Of a stretch of 64,000 nt of DNA, positions 20,394-30,285 are shown in pieces; within the stretch, counting starts at the first letter, position 1; the number at the start of each line of letters is the position of its first letter. The translations under genes were made by a program, and so were the position numbers. This DNA comes from a virus (lineage: Duplodnaviria; Caudoviricetes): IMG/VR virus record IMGVR_UViG_3300013121_000047, positions 121,442 through 185,441 of that record. The stretch is one strand, 5' to 3'. Below the pieces are notes generated by a model, which was given only the letters and a program-made list of their open reading frames with translations, made no database searches and was not told where the DNA came from.

Positions 20394-22409
20394 CTAGTCA
20401 ATCTCCTCTGGGAAAAGAAAATCACAAACTTCAACAAGTGACGCTAAATTTCCAAGACTCGCAGATAATCCATATTTATTTTTCACAATTGTCCCACAAT
20501 ATACTTCATATAATGGAAATCTTCCTATCACATCTTCTGAAAATTCTCCCCAAATTTTAACAATCAAATCAGAAAATTTCTCTCCAATTACAGCAAGTTC
20601 TAAAAACGGCTTTCCATTTTTTGAGGTTTTAGGTTCCATTTTTCTTAAAATAAACCAAACTTGATCGGTAATTTTTGTATTTTCGCCCTCTTCTAAAAAG
20701 TCAATGTCGCGTATTCCATCTACACTTTTAAGTTTCATCTTTTCAATTGATTTTGAATATTTTTCACTTAAAATTAAGCTAAGGTCAGCGCTCCCAGCTA
20801 ATTCAACCCAATATTTTATTTTTTCGTTCTTGGTCCAATCTTCGGTGTTGGCCAATTTTTCTTTTTGAACCAATTCATCAAGAATAGGAACTATATCATT
20901 ATTTTTCTTTTTCGCAGATGTGCGTTTCAATAAATCAAAATTTTCAACGATAACGTTATACGCTTGTTTATAGTTTTGAACGCCATTTTCTTTATCTGAA
21001 ATAAAATTTAAACTATCGAGAGCTTCAAGACAAATTAGGTTTGTTAAAGCTTTTCTATTAAACTTAGAATGTTTCCATTTACCTTCTTCGTTAACCAATA
21101 AATCTTTTATATCCTTGTAGGGTTTGTTTTTATTAATTTCCTCAAGAGCAGCATCACCAATTCCATCAATTGTTGTTAAACCTGGGATGATAACTTTTTC
21201 CTTCGTTGGATGCATTTCATACCCAGCACTTGAAAAGTTAATATCTGGTTTTGAAAACTTATAACCTAACTTCTGGGCTTCCCTCATTGCAGTTGCTTTT
21301 GGATCTTCTTGACCAACAACCTTTCCTTTTTCTAAGGCGGCATAATCTAAACACGCTGTGATCCATTCATCTGGATAGTATGTCAAAAACCAACAACACT
21401 GATAAGTCGCAATAGAATAAGAAATTGCGTGGGACATGTTAAAGGAATATGATACCAAAGATTCCATTTTATCGAAAAAGATCGAAGATCTCGCCGAATC
21501 CATACCTGCAAATTGCTTTGTTTTTTCGATGAATTCAGTCTTTAATTTTTCGCGTTCCTTCGCTGCTTTTTCTTTATTATTAATTTCTTTTTTAGTAAAC
21601 GCTTTTCTAACCGAGTCTGTTTCATCTAACGGAACGCCACAAAGATGGTGATAAATTAGTTGTAATTGTTCCTGAAAAATAAGAAGTCCGCTTGTTGGTT
21701 CCAATACTTCTTTTAAGAAAGGGTGTTCATATTTAATTTTTTCTGGATTTGCTCTATTGTTCAAAAAGTCTCTATCTACTTTTAATCCCAAAGGACCAGG
21801 ACGGTGAATAGAAGTTGCAATTGAAATATCTTTCACGGATACAGGTTTCATTCTTCTCATAAAATCTTGAGTGTTTGGTTTTACAAACTGAAAAATAGAA
21901 ATAAAGTTTCCATTCCAAAAAACATGTTTATAGACATTAATATCATCCATTGGATTTTTATCAGGGGACAGGTGTTCATAAAACCATTTTTGAACTTCTT
22001 CAAAAGGTATTTCTGACTCAAGTCTTCCTGTTTGTTTTTTGAGAATTTTTCTAACTGTATTCTCAAAAATTCTTAAAGTACCTAATGCTAGGAAGTCAAA
22101 CTTTAAAAAACCAAAATGTTCTAACATACGAAAGTTAACACCCTCGGTCCACGGTGTCTGTAGCGACCTTTTGTCACCTTTGCCGCCAATCACCAGAGGC
22201 ATATTTTGTTTTTCGATCGGCGAGTCCGTGAGGACCACGCCGCCAGCGTGCCGACCGCAATTTGAAATTAATCCAGCTTCGGTTAGGATATTAGGCTGGT
22301 CGTCAATAAAAGCTCCTGTAGGAATATTGTGGTGAATATCATAGACCAGTTTTTTTCCTATTTTTTGTATAGATTTTATCTTGTTATATTCCATTTTATT
22401 AAAGCTCAC
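20394..22409 (-). CDS. dnaE: DNA polymerase III alpha, fragment 4 (split-intein C half plus C-terminal extein); probable start ATG 22394
   Basis: IntC KIKSIQKIGKKLVYDI...GLISN|CGRHAGGVVL; LKFDFLAL, IFQF, RPGP, GLLIFQEQL, YSFNMSHA, PDINFS. Confidence 0.93.
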   Translation of the reverse strand: MSFNKMEYNKIKSIQKIGKKLVYDIHHNIPTGAFIDDQPNILTEAGLISNCGRHAGGVVLTDSPIEKQNMPLVIGGKGDKRSLQTPWTEGVNFRMLEHFGFLKFDFLALGTLRIFENTVRKILKKQTGRLESEIPFEEVQKWFYEHLSPDKNPMDDINVYKHVFWNGNFISIFQFVKPNTQDFMRRMKPVSVKDISIATSIHRPGPLGLKVDRDFLNNRANPEKIKYEHPFLKEVLEPTSGLLIFQEQLQLIYHHLCGVPLDETDSVRKAFTKKEINNKEKAAKEREKLKTEFIEKTKQFAGMDSARSSIFFDKMESLVSYSFNMSHAISYSIATYQCCWFLTYYPDEWITACLDYAALEKGKVVGQEDPKATAMREAQKLGYKFSKPDINFSSAGYEMHPTKEKVIIPGLTTIDGIGDAALEEINKNKPYKDIKDLLVNEEGKWKHSKFNRKALTNLICLEALDSLNFISDKENGVQNYKQAYNVIVENFDLLKRTSAKKKNNDIVPILDELVQKEKLANTEDWTKNEKIKYWVELAGSADLSLILSEKYSKSIEKMKLKSVDGIRDIDFLEEGENTKITDQVWFILRKMEPKTSKNGKPFLELAVIGEKFSDLIVKIWGEFSEDVIGRFPLYEVYCGTIVKNKYGLSASLGNLASLVEVCDFLFPEEID

Positions 22410-22818
22410 GCTCTAGAGTTAGTTTCTCAACTTTTCCTTTATTTAGCTCTATCTTATAGGCAAATAATTCGATTCTATCGTATCCAATTCCATATGAGCA
22501 ATACAATGTAGTCTTTGTATTCTTTTGAAGTCCAGTAATCGAAATCCAAAAACTTTCGTAATCTCGAAGAATATCACATTGTTCTGCTAATAAAAATTCA
22601 TATCCTTCAACTATAGAGTCTTCCCCTAAAGATCTGCAAAGAATACCATATTCAATGGTATCGTTTTCAACATGAATATAGTAATCATCTAAATTTTCAA
22701 GGAAAAGTAGTTTGTTATTATAATGAATTTCTTTTTCTTTTAAGATTTCTAATTTATCTAAAAACAAACAATAAAGTTGTTCAATTTGAGAAATAACTAC
22801 TTTCTTACTTATATCCAT
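22399..22818 (-). CDS. Hypothetical protein between dnaE fragments 3 and 4 (paralog family B)
   Basis: Sits between the dnaE ORFs and overlaps fragment 3; NKLLFLE...RSLGEDSIVE resembles ORFs at 25352-27474. Confidence 0.6.
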   Translation of the reverse strand: MDISKKVVISQIEQLYCLFLDKLEILKEKEIHYNNKLLFLENLDDYYIHVENDTIEYGILCRSLGEDSIVEGYEFLLAEQCDILRDYESFWISITGLQKNTKTTLYCSYGIGYDRIELFAYKIELNKGKVEKLTLEREL

Positions 22819-23996
22819 CCTATAAGGGAATCCTTTTCAGTTAAATCTTTAACTTGTTTCCAACCTTTATCTGTTTGAACTAGATGATCTTCAGTAAGTT
22901 CAACAGTTTTACCATTTTCTACTTGAATTTTATAGACTTCTTTTTCTCCGTTTTCAACTTTAAAAAAGTCAGAACTATATTGAACTTCTCCAACATTGTC
23001 AACATAAGCAAGTTTATCCATTTCAGAAATATCTGAATATTTTTTCCACCCAGAGTTTGTTAACAATAAAGTTGCTTCTGTAAAACAAGACTTAATCTGT
23101 TTAAACAAGACCTTAATACTTGCTTCTAGTTGTGGATAATCTTCTAGCAATTGGTTAAATGTTGGTGAATTTTTCGCCGCACTTTCATAAGAAAGAAACC
23201 ACACACCACGATCAAATCCATCTTGTTTCTTGTCTTCGTCTAAAGTTTCTTTTTCAATTTTTTGAGTAATTGGATTAATAATTTCAAATGGAATTTGATA
23301 TAATCTCGCCAGGTCTTTTATAAGAGATTTTAATTGAAGTTGGTTGTAGTTTGAAACAGGAAGCACGGATTCTTCTCCAAAATGTTCAGTTAATATTTTG
23401 ATTGCCTCTTCTCTGTCTGCGCAATCGCTATTGTGACTCACGATTTCAGTTCCTACCGACGAATAAATAACAAAATAAGAACCATCGACGGTTATATCAA
23501 CAACGCTTACTTCTTCGCATGTAGATGGATTAAATCTTAATATATCTGATATAATACATCCTTTAGAAGAATCTGTATTCAATAACTGTGTATCTTTTTT
23601 AAGATCTTTAATCTTAATATCTACTCCAAATTCATTTGGCAATCTATGGTTTTCGGTTGCTATGATGAAATCATTTTTTGAATTGAAATAAATCTGAAAT
23701 AAAGGCTCATTATAATTTAATTTCCTTGTTTTCGTATACAATACTTTTCGTAAAAAACCTGATGGATCAATGATAAAATCACCAGGAATTAATTCTGATA
23801 TAGGAATTTTACCTTTAGGAGTTTTTACCAATGTCGAAGGTATTAAACAATCTATATCAGGCAAAGAATTATGTGTTAAAAAAAATTTACCATCAATTTT
23901 ATCACTGACATAAAATGTTTGATCATTCTCTATTCCAATATCTATTAAAAGAATAGGAGATTCAGATTCTATCACTTTTATTTTTTTGATCTTCAT
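22809..23996 (-). CDS. dnaE: DNA polymerase III alpha, fragment 3 (IntC, SLPDID, cis intein, extein, IntN)
   Basis: ...FFLTHN|SLPDID|CLIPSTLV...VSHN|SDCADREEAI...KDLARL...KQIKS|CFTEATLL...LTEDHLV. Confidence 0.92.
   Translation of the reverse strand: MKIKKIKVIESESPILLIDIGIENDQTFYVSDKIDGKFFLTHNSLPDIDCLIPSTLVKTPKGKIPISELIPGDFIIDPSGFLRKVLYTKTRKLNYNEPLFQIYFNSKNDFIIATENHRLPNEFGVDIKIKDLKKDTQLLNTDSSKGCIISDILRFNPSTCEEVSVVDITVDGSYFVIYSSVGTEIVSHNSDCADREEAIKILTEHFGEESVLPVSNYNQLQLKSLIKDLARLYQIPFEIINPITQKIEKETLDEDKKQDGFDRGVWFLSYESAAKNSPTFNQLLEDYPQLEASIKVLFKQIKSCFTEATLLLTNSGWKKYSDISEMDKLAYVDNVGEVQYSSDFFKVENGEKEVYKIQVENGKTVELTEDHLVQTDKGWKQVKDLTEKDSLIGWI
23430..23849 (-). other. Cis mini-intein (140 aa) within dnaE fragment 3
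   Basis: CLIPSTLV start, ATENHRL block B, VVDITV block F, VSHN|S end. Confidence 0.9.
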
Positions 23997-24897
23997 ATTT
24001 TACGACTAGTTCCTTTGATTTTTTATAGTTTCTTTGTTCAAGATTTGGAATCTTCAACCAAATTTCTGCTAATTTTAAGCCAGCAATAAATTCCTTCTGT
24101 GTTATTGTGATAATATTAAAATCAGCAGCAACAACGCTTTGTTTTGATAAATTTTTTGTCATTAAAATTTCAAAAGGTTTACCCGTATTTTCGACACCTT
24201 TTAATTCTACAAATAAATTCAAGTCTGGAAGAAAAAAATCTGGTGTATATGCTCCATTTTTAGTTGGAAACGTTTTAGATTCATATCGATATTTTATGTT
24301 AAAAAAATTAAGAACTCTTGCAAAATCTGCTTCTAGTGCACTTTTAAAATAATCACTAAATCCTAAATCAATTCTATATCCTGTTCTTCCATTTAAATGG
24401 ATTTTAATTTTTCCATTAGATTGATCAGTAAATTGACATTTTCTACTACAACGAATGATATGATTATCAGATTTTTTAACTTGAAATATTTTTTTACATG
24501 TTACACAAATTTTCGTTATTCTATTAGAATTATTAAAACATTCTCTTGAACAATATAATTTGTTAATTCGACTAGGTTTTGCTTTAAATGCTTTGTTACA
24601 ATTCAAACAAATTTTTATTATTGTTTTTATTTGGCTATTGTTTTTACAAATTATAGAACAAAATGTTCTATTGCTACTTGTATAGGTTACAAACTGTGTA
24701 TTACAATAATTGCATTTTTTATTAATTTTTCCCTCTTCTTTCTTTCTACCGAAAAGGTTTTTACATTTTTCTGTGCAAAATACTCTTCTTAAACAATTTC
24801 TGTTTCCGCGACTTTTTATTTCGGGTACAGTTATTAAAAACTGAGTTTTGCATTCTTTACAAGATTTCAATAAATTCGTCTGTATTTTTGATTTCAT
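23962..24897 (-). CDS. Free-standing putative homing endonuclease (four Zn-ribbon repeats plus PD-(D/E)xK domain)
   Basis: CxxC...FC/YCxxxC repeats; [10 protein letters not shown]...YE...YTPDFFL...FVELKG; overlaps dnaE fragments 2 and 3. Confidence 0.75.
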   Translation of the reverse strand: MKSKIQTNLLKSCKECKTQFLITVPEIKSRGNRNCLRRVFCTEKCKNLFGRKKEEGKINKKCNYCNTQFVTYTSSNRTFCSIICKNNSQIKTIIKICLNCNKAFKAKPSRINKLYCSRECFNNSNRITKICVTCKKIFQVKKSDNHIIRCSRKCQFTDQSNGKIKIHLNGRTGYRIDLGFSDYFKSALEADFARVLNFFNIKYRYESKTFPTKNGAYTPDFFLPDLNLFVELKGVENTGKPFEILMTKNLSKQSVVAADFNIITITQKEFIAGLKLAEIWLKIPNLEQRNYKKSKELVVKYEDQKNKSDRI

Positions 24898-25348
24898 CTG
24901 CTCTTAATTCTTTCCGAATACCTTCACGAAGCACAATCCATAAATGATTTGGACTACTTTTTAAAATTGTACCATTGTCAAGTTCAAAAACTATTATTCT
25001 ATTATGAAACGAATTTTCTTTATGAACCACAGGTTTATAAGTTTGAGTATGTGTAAGAACCATATCTCCAATATTTACATTTTTTAATTGTTTAACTTCA
25101 TGTTGTGTTTTTATATAGGTATCAGGGGGTAAACACATTTTTTTCTTGCTCAAAAATCTTTCAAACAACAATCCATGTTTTATTGGGTCCACCTGGGTAA
25201 TTCCTAAGAGGTAACAAACTAAAGATCCTGCGCCTGAATTATGAACAGGGATTCCTTCAACATTGTAAGAAGACTTGTTTTCAACAGAAAGATCATATAC
25301 TTTACCAGTATATCTTTTATATGTTTTTGATTTTAGTTTTATTGTCAT
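24857..25348 (-). CDS. dnaE: DNA polymerase III alpha, fragment 2 (IntC, 34-aa extein, IntN)
   Basis: ...VYDLSVE...PVHN|[34 protein letters not shown]|CLPPDTYI...SSPNHLW. Confidence 0.93.
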   Translation of the reverse strand: MTIKLKSKTYKRYTGKVYDLSVENKSSYNVEGIPVHNSGAGSLVCYLLGITQVDPIKHGLLFERFLSKKKMCLPPDTYIKTQHEVKQLKNVNIGDMVLTHTQTYKPVVHKENSFHNRIIVFELDNGTILKSSPNHLWIVLREGIRKELRADEIKNTDEFIEIL

Positions 25349-25351
25349 TTA

Positions 25352-25834
25352 TTAGGATTCTCCATCTATGGTCCATGAACCCGATGAATAAAAAGTTAAT
25401 TTTGGAACTACGTTGTTCAAAGGAAGACTATAAATCTCCGATACTATCCGCGCTTCATATTTACACAACTCTTTAATTAACTTTTGATCAAATTTTGATA
25501 AAATCTTGGTGGAGACATCTGTGCAAAAATTATTTCTCGTAAAAAGATATGGTTGCGGGTTAAATTCTTCTTGAATTCCCGTTTCTGATAAAAAACGTAT
25601 TTTTTTATAAATTTTAGCAGTTGTTTCCGTTGAACAGACACAGCCGAAACATATATCAAGGTAATAATAATTCATTTCTTCTAAAAGAAGAAAATTAGAT
25701 TGATTTTCTAATACGAATTTTCTGTCGTGAAATTTAATATATTCTTCACTGCCAAGAATAGTTTCGCAAAGTTTTAAACTCTGTTTTTCTGTATCTTCAC
25801 TTATGGTAGGTACATATTTGAGATTTATTTTCAT
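25352..25834 (-). CDS. Hypothetical protein (paralog family B)
   Basis: NFLLLEE...RFLSETGIQEE. Confidence 0.6.
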   Translation of the reverse strand: MKINLKYVPTISEDTEKQSLKLCETILGSEEYIKFHDRKFVLENQSNFLLLEEMNYYYLDICFGCVCSTETTAKIYKKIRFLSETGIQEEFNPQPYLFTRNNFCTDVSTKILSKFDQKLIKELCKYEARIVSEIYSLPLNNVVPKLTFYSSGSWTIDGES

Positions 25835-26217
25835 GTTATTATTGGATCTTTTAAGCGAGCAGACCTATATTGAATTCCTATGTCTAACGAATAATATGCA
25901 TTAAATGCAATTGGGCTCGGACAATGAATCCAATGAGAAGGAAGCACTTTGTTATTATAGCCATGAATACCAAATTCGGTCAATGCGACATAATCAATGT
26001 GGCAATACGTTGTTTGCCACATTTTATTAGAATCAATAAATGATCTTGCCAAGAAATATTTTATTTCAAGTATAATTTTATCATTTTCGATATATTTTAA
26101 CATTTCGTCATAAGTCCGTTTTAACTTTGATTCGAGTAAGTTTAAATTTACCGATTTGGAGATTTTTTGATACTCAACTTTTGTTAATTTTTCGTTTGTA
26201 TCAATAATATCTTTCAT
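25831..26217 (-). CDS. Hypothetical protein (possible paralog family B)
   Basis: KIILEI...VALTEFGIHG. Confidence 0.55.
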   Translation of the reverse strand: MKDIIDTNEKLTKVEYQKISKSVNLNLLESKLKRTYDEMLKYIENDKIILEIKYFLARSFIDSNKMWQTTYCHIDYVALTEFGIHGYNNKVLPSHWIHCPSPIAFNAYYSLDIGIQYRSARLKDPIIT

Positions 26218-26603
26218 AACAGTTTAAGGTCTTTTGTAAGAGGGTCTATTTTTTCGTTTAAATGAGGCCCGATGCACAGACAGGTATTAGTAGGTTGCCC
26301 ATGAAACTCGGTCAATCCTGCATCGGTAATTAAACTAACAGTAAGTCCAGACTCTTTTGCAGAATTAAATAACTTTATCAACTCATCTTCATTCTCAACG
26401 TAAACAACAATTTTTTTAAAATTACCGTTGATCCAAGATTCTTCTTCTTCTGTTAGGAGTTCCGAAACTTTTTTGTCTAAATTCTTTTTTATTTTATCTG
26501 TTAGCCATTTTATACTTGCATGTGCAAGTTGCGCTGCAATTTTCCCTTTACGGACATTTAAATCTTTGCGCCATACCAAAACTTGTTTGTAGTTTGTATT
26601 CAT
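26214..26603 (-). CDS. pth2: Peptidyl-tRNA hydrolase, Pth2 type
   Basis: YKQVLVWRKDL..RKGKIAAQLAHA, KKIVV, DAGLTE, TCLCIGP. Confidence 0.92.
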   Translation of the reverse strand: MNTNYKQVLVWRKDLNVRKGKIAAQLAHASIKWLTDKIKKNLDKKVSELLTEEEESWINGNFKKIVVYVENEDELIKLFNSAKESGLTVSLITDAGLTEFHGQPTNTCLCIGPHLNEKIDPLTKDLKLL

Positions 26604-26618
26604 TTTTCACTTCCCATT

Positions 26619-27050
26619 TTAGATTTCTATCATAACTTTGTCGTTCACTTTTTCATTTTCTATTTCTATCCATAAACATAAGCTAGGAAATTTTAAAAGA
26701 TTAACTTCTTCCCATTTTATTCTTTCTTCTAATTCAAAATTATTAATATTACAGTTTTTAATTTCATTTTCTGCAAGAAAATAACATTTAAAATGTTTCG
26801 TAATTGAGATTTCTTTTATTTCAGTATCAAGCCACAACCTATATGAAGGTTCATAAGATAAAAACAAATAATTGTTATTGTATATATCAAAATATTTTTT
26901 TTGATTTATTTTTGCTTCTTCAAAAGTTCCTAAAAAAAATTCGTCTTTATTTTTCAAATATGAAATTACTGAGTCCACTGTTTTTTCTAACCAGGGGAAT
27001 TCTATTTTAAGAAGTTTATAGCTTTTGAATTCATATGGTATTAGTCCCAT
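26619..27050 (-). CDS. Hypothetical protein (paralog family B)
   Basis: NYLFLSYE...YFLAENEIK. Confidence 0.55.
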   Translation of the reverse strand: MGLIPYEFKSYKLLKIEFPWLEKTVDSVISYLKNKDEFFLGTFEEAKINQKKYFDIYNNNYLFLSYEPSYRLWLDTEIKEISITKHFKCYFLAENEIKNCNINNFELEERIKWEEVNLLKFPSLCLWIEIENEKVNDKVMIEI

Positions 27051-27051
27051 T

Positions 27052-27474
27052 TTACATTATCCATACAGGTTCATTTATAACCACAAGTTTAAATTCTGTT
27101 GGTCTTGTTTCTTGTGTAAACAAATTTGATCTTAGTTCATATCCATTGTCGCCATCTATAATTCTAAAATTTAAAAGATCTCTCACATTTAATCCATAAA
27201 CACGCTCTTCTATTCCTTTTTGTGTTAAAACAGAATATTTTGTAAGTAGTATCCTATTGTCATCATATTCTCCATATAATCCATCACTAAAATATATTCT
27301 AAATTCTACAAATGGCTCATTTAAAAAAAGATAATTTTTATTTTCTGGCCAAGAGCGAAATTCGACCTCTTTTTCTTTTAATTCAATTATCTTTTTTTCA
27401 AATTCTTGAGTATTTGCTATTCTTATAATTTCTTCATAAAGTTCAGAAGGGTTTTTTAAGGAAAACGTTTTCAT
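27052..27474 (-). CDS. Hypothetical protein (paralog family B)
   Basis: NYLFLNE...SVLTQKGIEE. Confidence 0.6.
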   Translation of the reverse strand: MKTFSLKNPSELYEEIIRIANTQEFEKKIIELKEKEVEFRSWPENKNYLFLNEPFVEFRIYFSDGLYGEYDDNRILLTKYSVLTQKGIEERVYGLNVRDLLNFRIIDGDNGYELRSNLFTQETRPTEFKLVVINEPVWIM

Positions 27475-28316
27475 ATTGCTATCTCAAGTTCTGATTGAAG
27501 TTTTTGTGGTTTATCGAAGTTTTCAAAACAAAAATCTTCAATTTTAAATTCATAAAAGGATTTGCTGTTGATTAATGAAATTAGCGGCTGGGATTCTAGT
27601 GGTTCTCTTTTGAAGATTTCATTTGCCGCGTTTAAGTGTCGATCATATATGTGAAGGTTATGAACATAATGACAAAACTTACCTACTTTATATCCCAAAT
27701 CCGAGGCAACCATTAACATTAGCCCATAATATTGGGCTTTGTTTATCCAATTTGCCATTACATAATCTGAACTTCTTTGTATTAAGGTCATATCCAGAAT
27801 GAATTGATCTTTTTCTTTTCTTACTGCCCAAATTGTTTCAAATGCACATGGATATAATCCATCTGATTCTAATAGATCAGACTCTTGATAAAGATTCATA
27901 ATATGCCGTCTCCCGAATGGATTATATTTTAATCCATGAAGAAGTTTGTTCATTAAATCCCATTTGCGAACTGTTGCTCCGTAACGCTGACCAATTGTTC
28001 CATTTCCAATTTCCCACTCATCCCACCAATTAATTCCAAGTTTTTTTGCATCTTCTAAATTAGAAGATTGTTGTTGATAAATCCAGAAAATTTCTTTTAT
28101 TCCAGATTTAACAGCTGTATTTCGTAACGAGGTAAAAGGATACTCATCTTTTTCAATATCATATTCTTCAAATACTTGAGTTATGAAAATACTATTAGCA
28201 GGTGTTCCGTCTTTATATTTTGGTCTTGGATTTTCATCCTTATTTCCCTTTGTGATGAGTTTATAAAGATTTTGTTTATAGTATTGGTCTGCTTTAGTTA
28301 CCATCTTTTTAGTCAT
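27471..28316 (-). CDS. thyA: Thymidylate synthase
   Basis: IGQRYG, GRRHI, LYPCAF (catalytic Cys), QRSSD, NLHIYDRH. Confidence 0.93.
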   Translation of the reverse strand: MTKKMVTKADQYYKQNLYKLITKGNKDENPRPKYKDGTPANSIFITQVFEEYDIEKDEYPFTSLRNTAVKSGIKEIFWIYQQQSSNLEDAKKLGINWWDEWEIGNGTIGQRYGATVRKWDLMNKLLHGLKYNPFGRRHIMNLYQESDLLESDGLYPCAFETIWAVRKEKDQFILDMTLIQRSSDYVMANWINKAQYYGLMLMVASDLGYKVGKFCHYVHNLHIYDRHLNAANEIFKREPLESQPLISLINSKSFYEFKIEDFCFENFDKPQKLQSELEIAI

Positions 28317-28372
28317 TTATTTTATTCTTCCCAGTAAAATGCATAGAGTTCTGCATTCTCTATTTTATTTAT

Positions 28373-29696
28373 TCTTCGTGAGCAGAAAACTTATGGCTTT
28401 ATGCCATGAGTTGAATGCGATTCATTTGTTTATTTTTCAATATAATTTCTTAATGCCTCATCTGAGACTCCAACTATCGATTATTATGTATCATTTTTAA
28501 TATTTTCTTTTATACTTGTAAATCATGATCCAAAGATCATTAAGAGTAAAACTTTCCTTGTCTCCAAAAGACAAGGAAACACTCCTTAAAACGATGGAAG
28601 AATATTCTAAATGTTTTAACTTTTACTCTAATTGGTCTTCTGTTAACAAATCAACCTCGAAAAAGGTTGCCCATTCCAATTCTTATCAAGAATCAAAAAA
28701 ACTATTTCCAAACCTACCAACTGCTTTAATTCAATCTGCAAGAGATTTGGCTCTTGAATCCAATAAAAGCAAAAGAAGTAAAATGGTTCCAATAAAGAAA
28801 AAACACAGTTCCATTCGTTATGATGTTAGAACTTTTTCCTTTCGAAATCAACAATTAACCCTTTCTTCTGTTGATAAAAGAATTAAAACAATCGTTTCTT
28901 TTTATCCTTATATTGAAAACTACTTCAAGAATTGGAAACTGCTGAAAACTGGTTATTTGTCAAAGGTTGGAAAACACTTTTATTTTACTTTTTTGTTCGA
29001 ATCTGATAAAACAAAAGAAACCCAAGAAACAAAAGGAACGGAAACTGTTGGTTTGGATCGAGGAATAATAAACGTTATCGCAACAAGTGAAGGGGAATTA
29101 GTTTCAGGAAAACCATTAAGAAAAAACAAGAGGAAGTATTTATATTTAAGAAGGAAACTTCAAGCAAAAGGCACTCGGTCTGCGAAAAGATTCTTAAAAA
29201 GAATAAGCAGAAAAGAGAAGCGGTTCAGTTTGGATTTTCTTCATTGTTTATCAAACAAACTTATCAAGAATGAAAACGTTAAAACATATGTTTTGGAGAA
29301 TCTTTCAAGAATTAAACCCAAAAAATACAACAAGAAATCAAATAAAGTAGTTTCAAATTGGGGATTCAAGTTATTTGAAGGATTATTAAAGTACAAAGCA
29401 AAACAAAAAGGAATTAATATTGAGTTTGTTGATCCCATGTATACTTCCCAAATTTGTTCTGGTTGCCAAAACCAGAACAAAGAAAGTAGAGATAAGGGAA
29501 TATATAGGTGTAGTGTTTGTAAACTAAAGATTCATTCTGATATTAACGCGGCAATGAACATAAAAAATAGGTTTTCAAAACCTCAAAAATTATCTTCAAG
29601 TTTGTCCTTGAAGCAGGTTGTAGTCAATCAACCAAACGCGAATAATGAGTAATTATTGTTTGCAAGCTCATAACATAAAAACTGTGAGCAGTTGAC
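28373..29696 (+). mobile_element. Non-autonomous IS200/IS605-family (TnpB-only, IS1341-like) element
   Basis: Left-end hairpin CTTATGGC-TTTAT-GCCATGAG (28390-28410); right end GCAAGCTCA...TGAGCAGTTGAC (ends 29696); removal restores an in-frame flanking gene. The left boundary is inferred. Confidence 0.75.
28525..29652 (+). CDS. tnpB: RNA-guided endonuclease TnpB
   Basis: RuvC triad GLDRG / VLENLS / HSDINAA; YTSQICSGC...CSVC zinc finger. Confidence 0.93.
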   Translation: MIQRSLRVKLSLSPKDKETLLKTMEEYSKCFNFYSNWSSVNKSTSKKVAHSNSYQESKKLFPNLPTALIQSARDLALESNKSKRSKMVPIKKKHSSIRYDVRTFSFRNQQLTLSSVDKRIKTIVSFYPYIENYFKNWKLLKTGYLSKVGKHFYFTFLFESDKTKETQETKGTETVGLDRGIINVIATSEGELVSGKPLRKNKRKYLYLRRKLQAKGTRSAKRFLKRISRKEKRFSLDFLHCLSNKLIKNENVKTYVLENLSRIKPKKYNKKSNKVVSNWGFKLFEGLLKYKAKQKGINIEFVDPMYTSQICSGCQNQNKESRDKGIYRCSVCKLKIHSDINAAMNIKNRFSKPQKLSSSLSLKQVVVNQPNANNE

Positions 29697-30285
29697 TCTA
29701 GACATTAAACCATATGCTAATAACTAAGTTCCATCTACTATTTTAGTAGGTCCATCTTTTGTTTTTACAATTAACGCACGATTTGTAGCCAACCAACAAT
29801 CGTTTGAATTCAAAAATTTATGACTTGCAATTTTTGCGTATTTCAGTGGTTTTTCTTTATATTTCGAATAATCTTTTTCAAGAGATTCCATTCTTTTCTC
29901 TACATCCTTAACTGCATCTAAGGATTTTTCCACATTATCTTTTTCTTTTCTTGTTATTGAAAACCCTTTGTTTGTAAGTTTTGAAATATGGTAGTTGTCT
30001 AAAAACTGTTCAAAACTTACAGCTGTATAACAAGAATTAAATTTTAATATTTCGTCAAATTTAAACTTTGCAATACAAACAGAGTTATCTTTCAACATTT
30101 CGTATATCCAATTTCTTTTTGATCTAAAAACCTCAAGCCTAAGTTTGTTTTCTAACTTTGAACTAAAATTTGGTTCTTTAATTAACTTTTGATCTAAAAA
30201 AGAAGTGTTCGCTTTCAAAGCGTGGTCCCCATCTAACATAGACCAAATAACAAAATTTGTATTTATTCCTTGAATTATTTCCATC

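Larger units (their letters stand above)
28322..30284 (-). pseudogene. ParB/sulfiredoxin-like gene interrupted by the TnpB element (ORF 29724-30284 plus tails 29697-29723 and 28322-28372)
   Basis: KIVDGT*LLAYGLMSR|INKIENAELYAFYWEE* reads in one frame across the element and ends 5 nt before the thyA start. Confidence 0.55.

Noticed and set aside
20394-25348. dnaE pieces as pseudogene fragments or exons of self-splicing introns
   Set aside because: Every break is bounded by intact intein motifs (Cys1, block B His, terminal Asn, Ser/Cys at +1) and the exteins join without missing residues.
28525-29652. TnpB as Cas12f or as part of an IStron
   Set aside because: No CRISPR array is adjacent, IS-type ends are present, and the roughly 150-bp left end is too short for a group I intron.
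29724-29726. In-frame TAG in IVDGT*LLAYGL as a sign of stop-codon reassignment
   Set aside because: All long conserved genes are open under the standard code and TAG ends other genes such as dnaE fragment 4. A single case in a gene already disrupted by an IS is better explained by decay.
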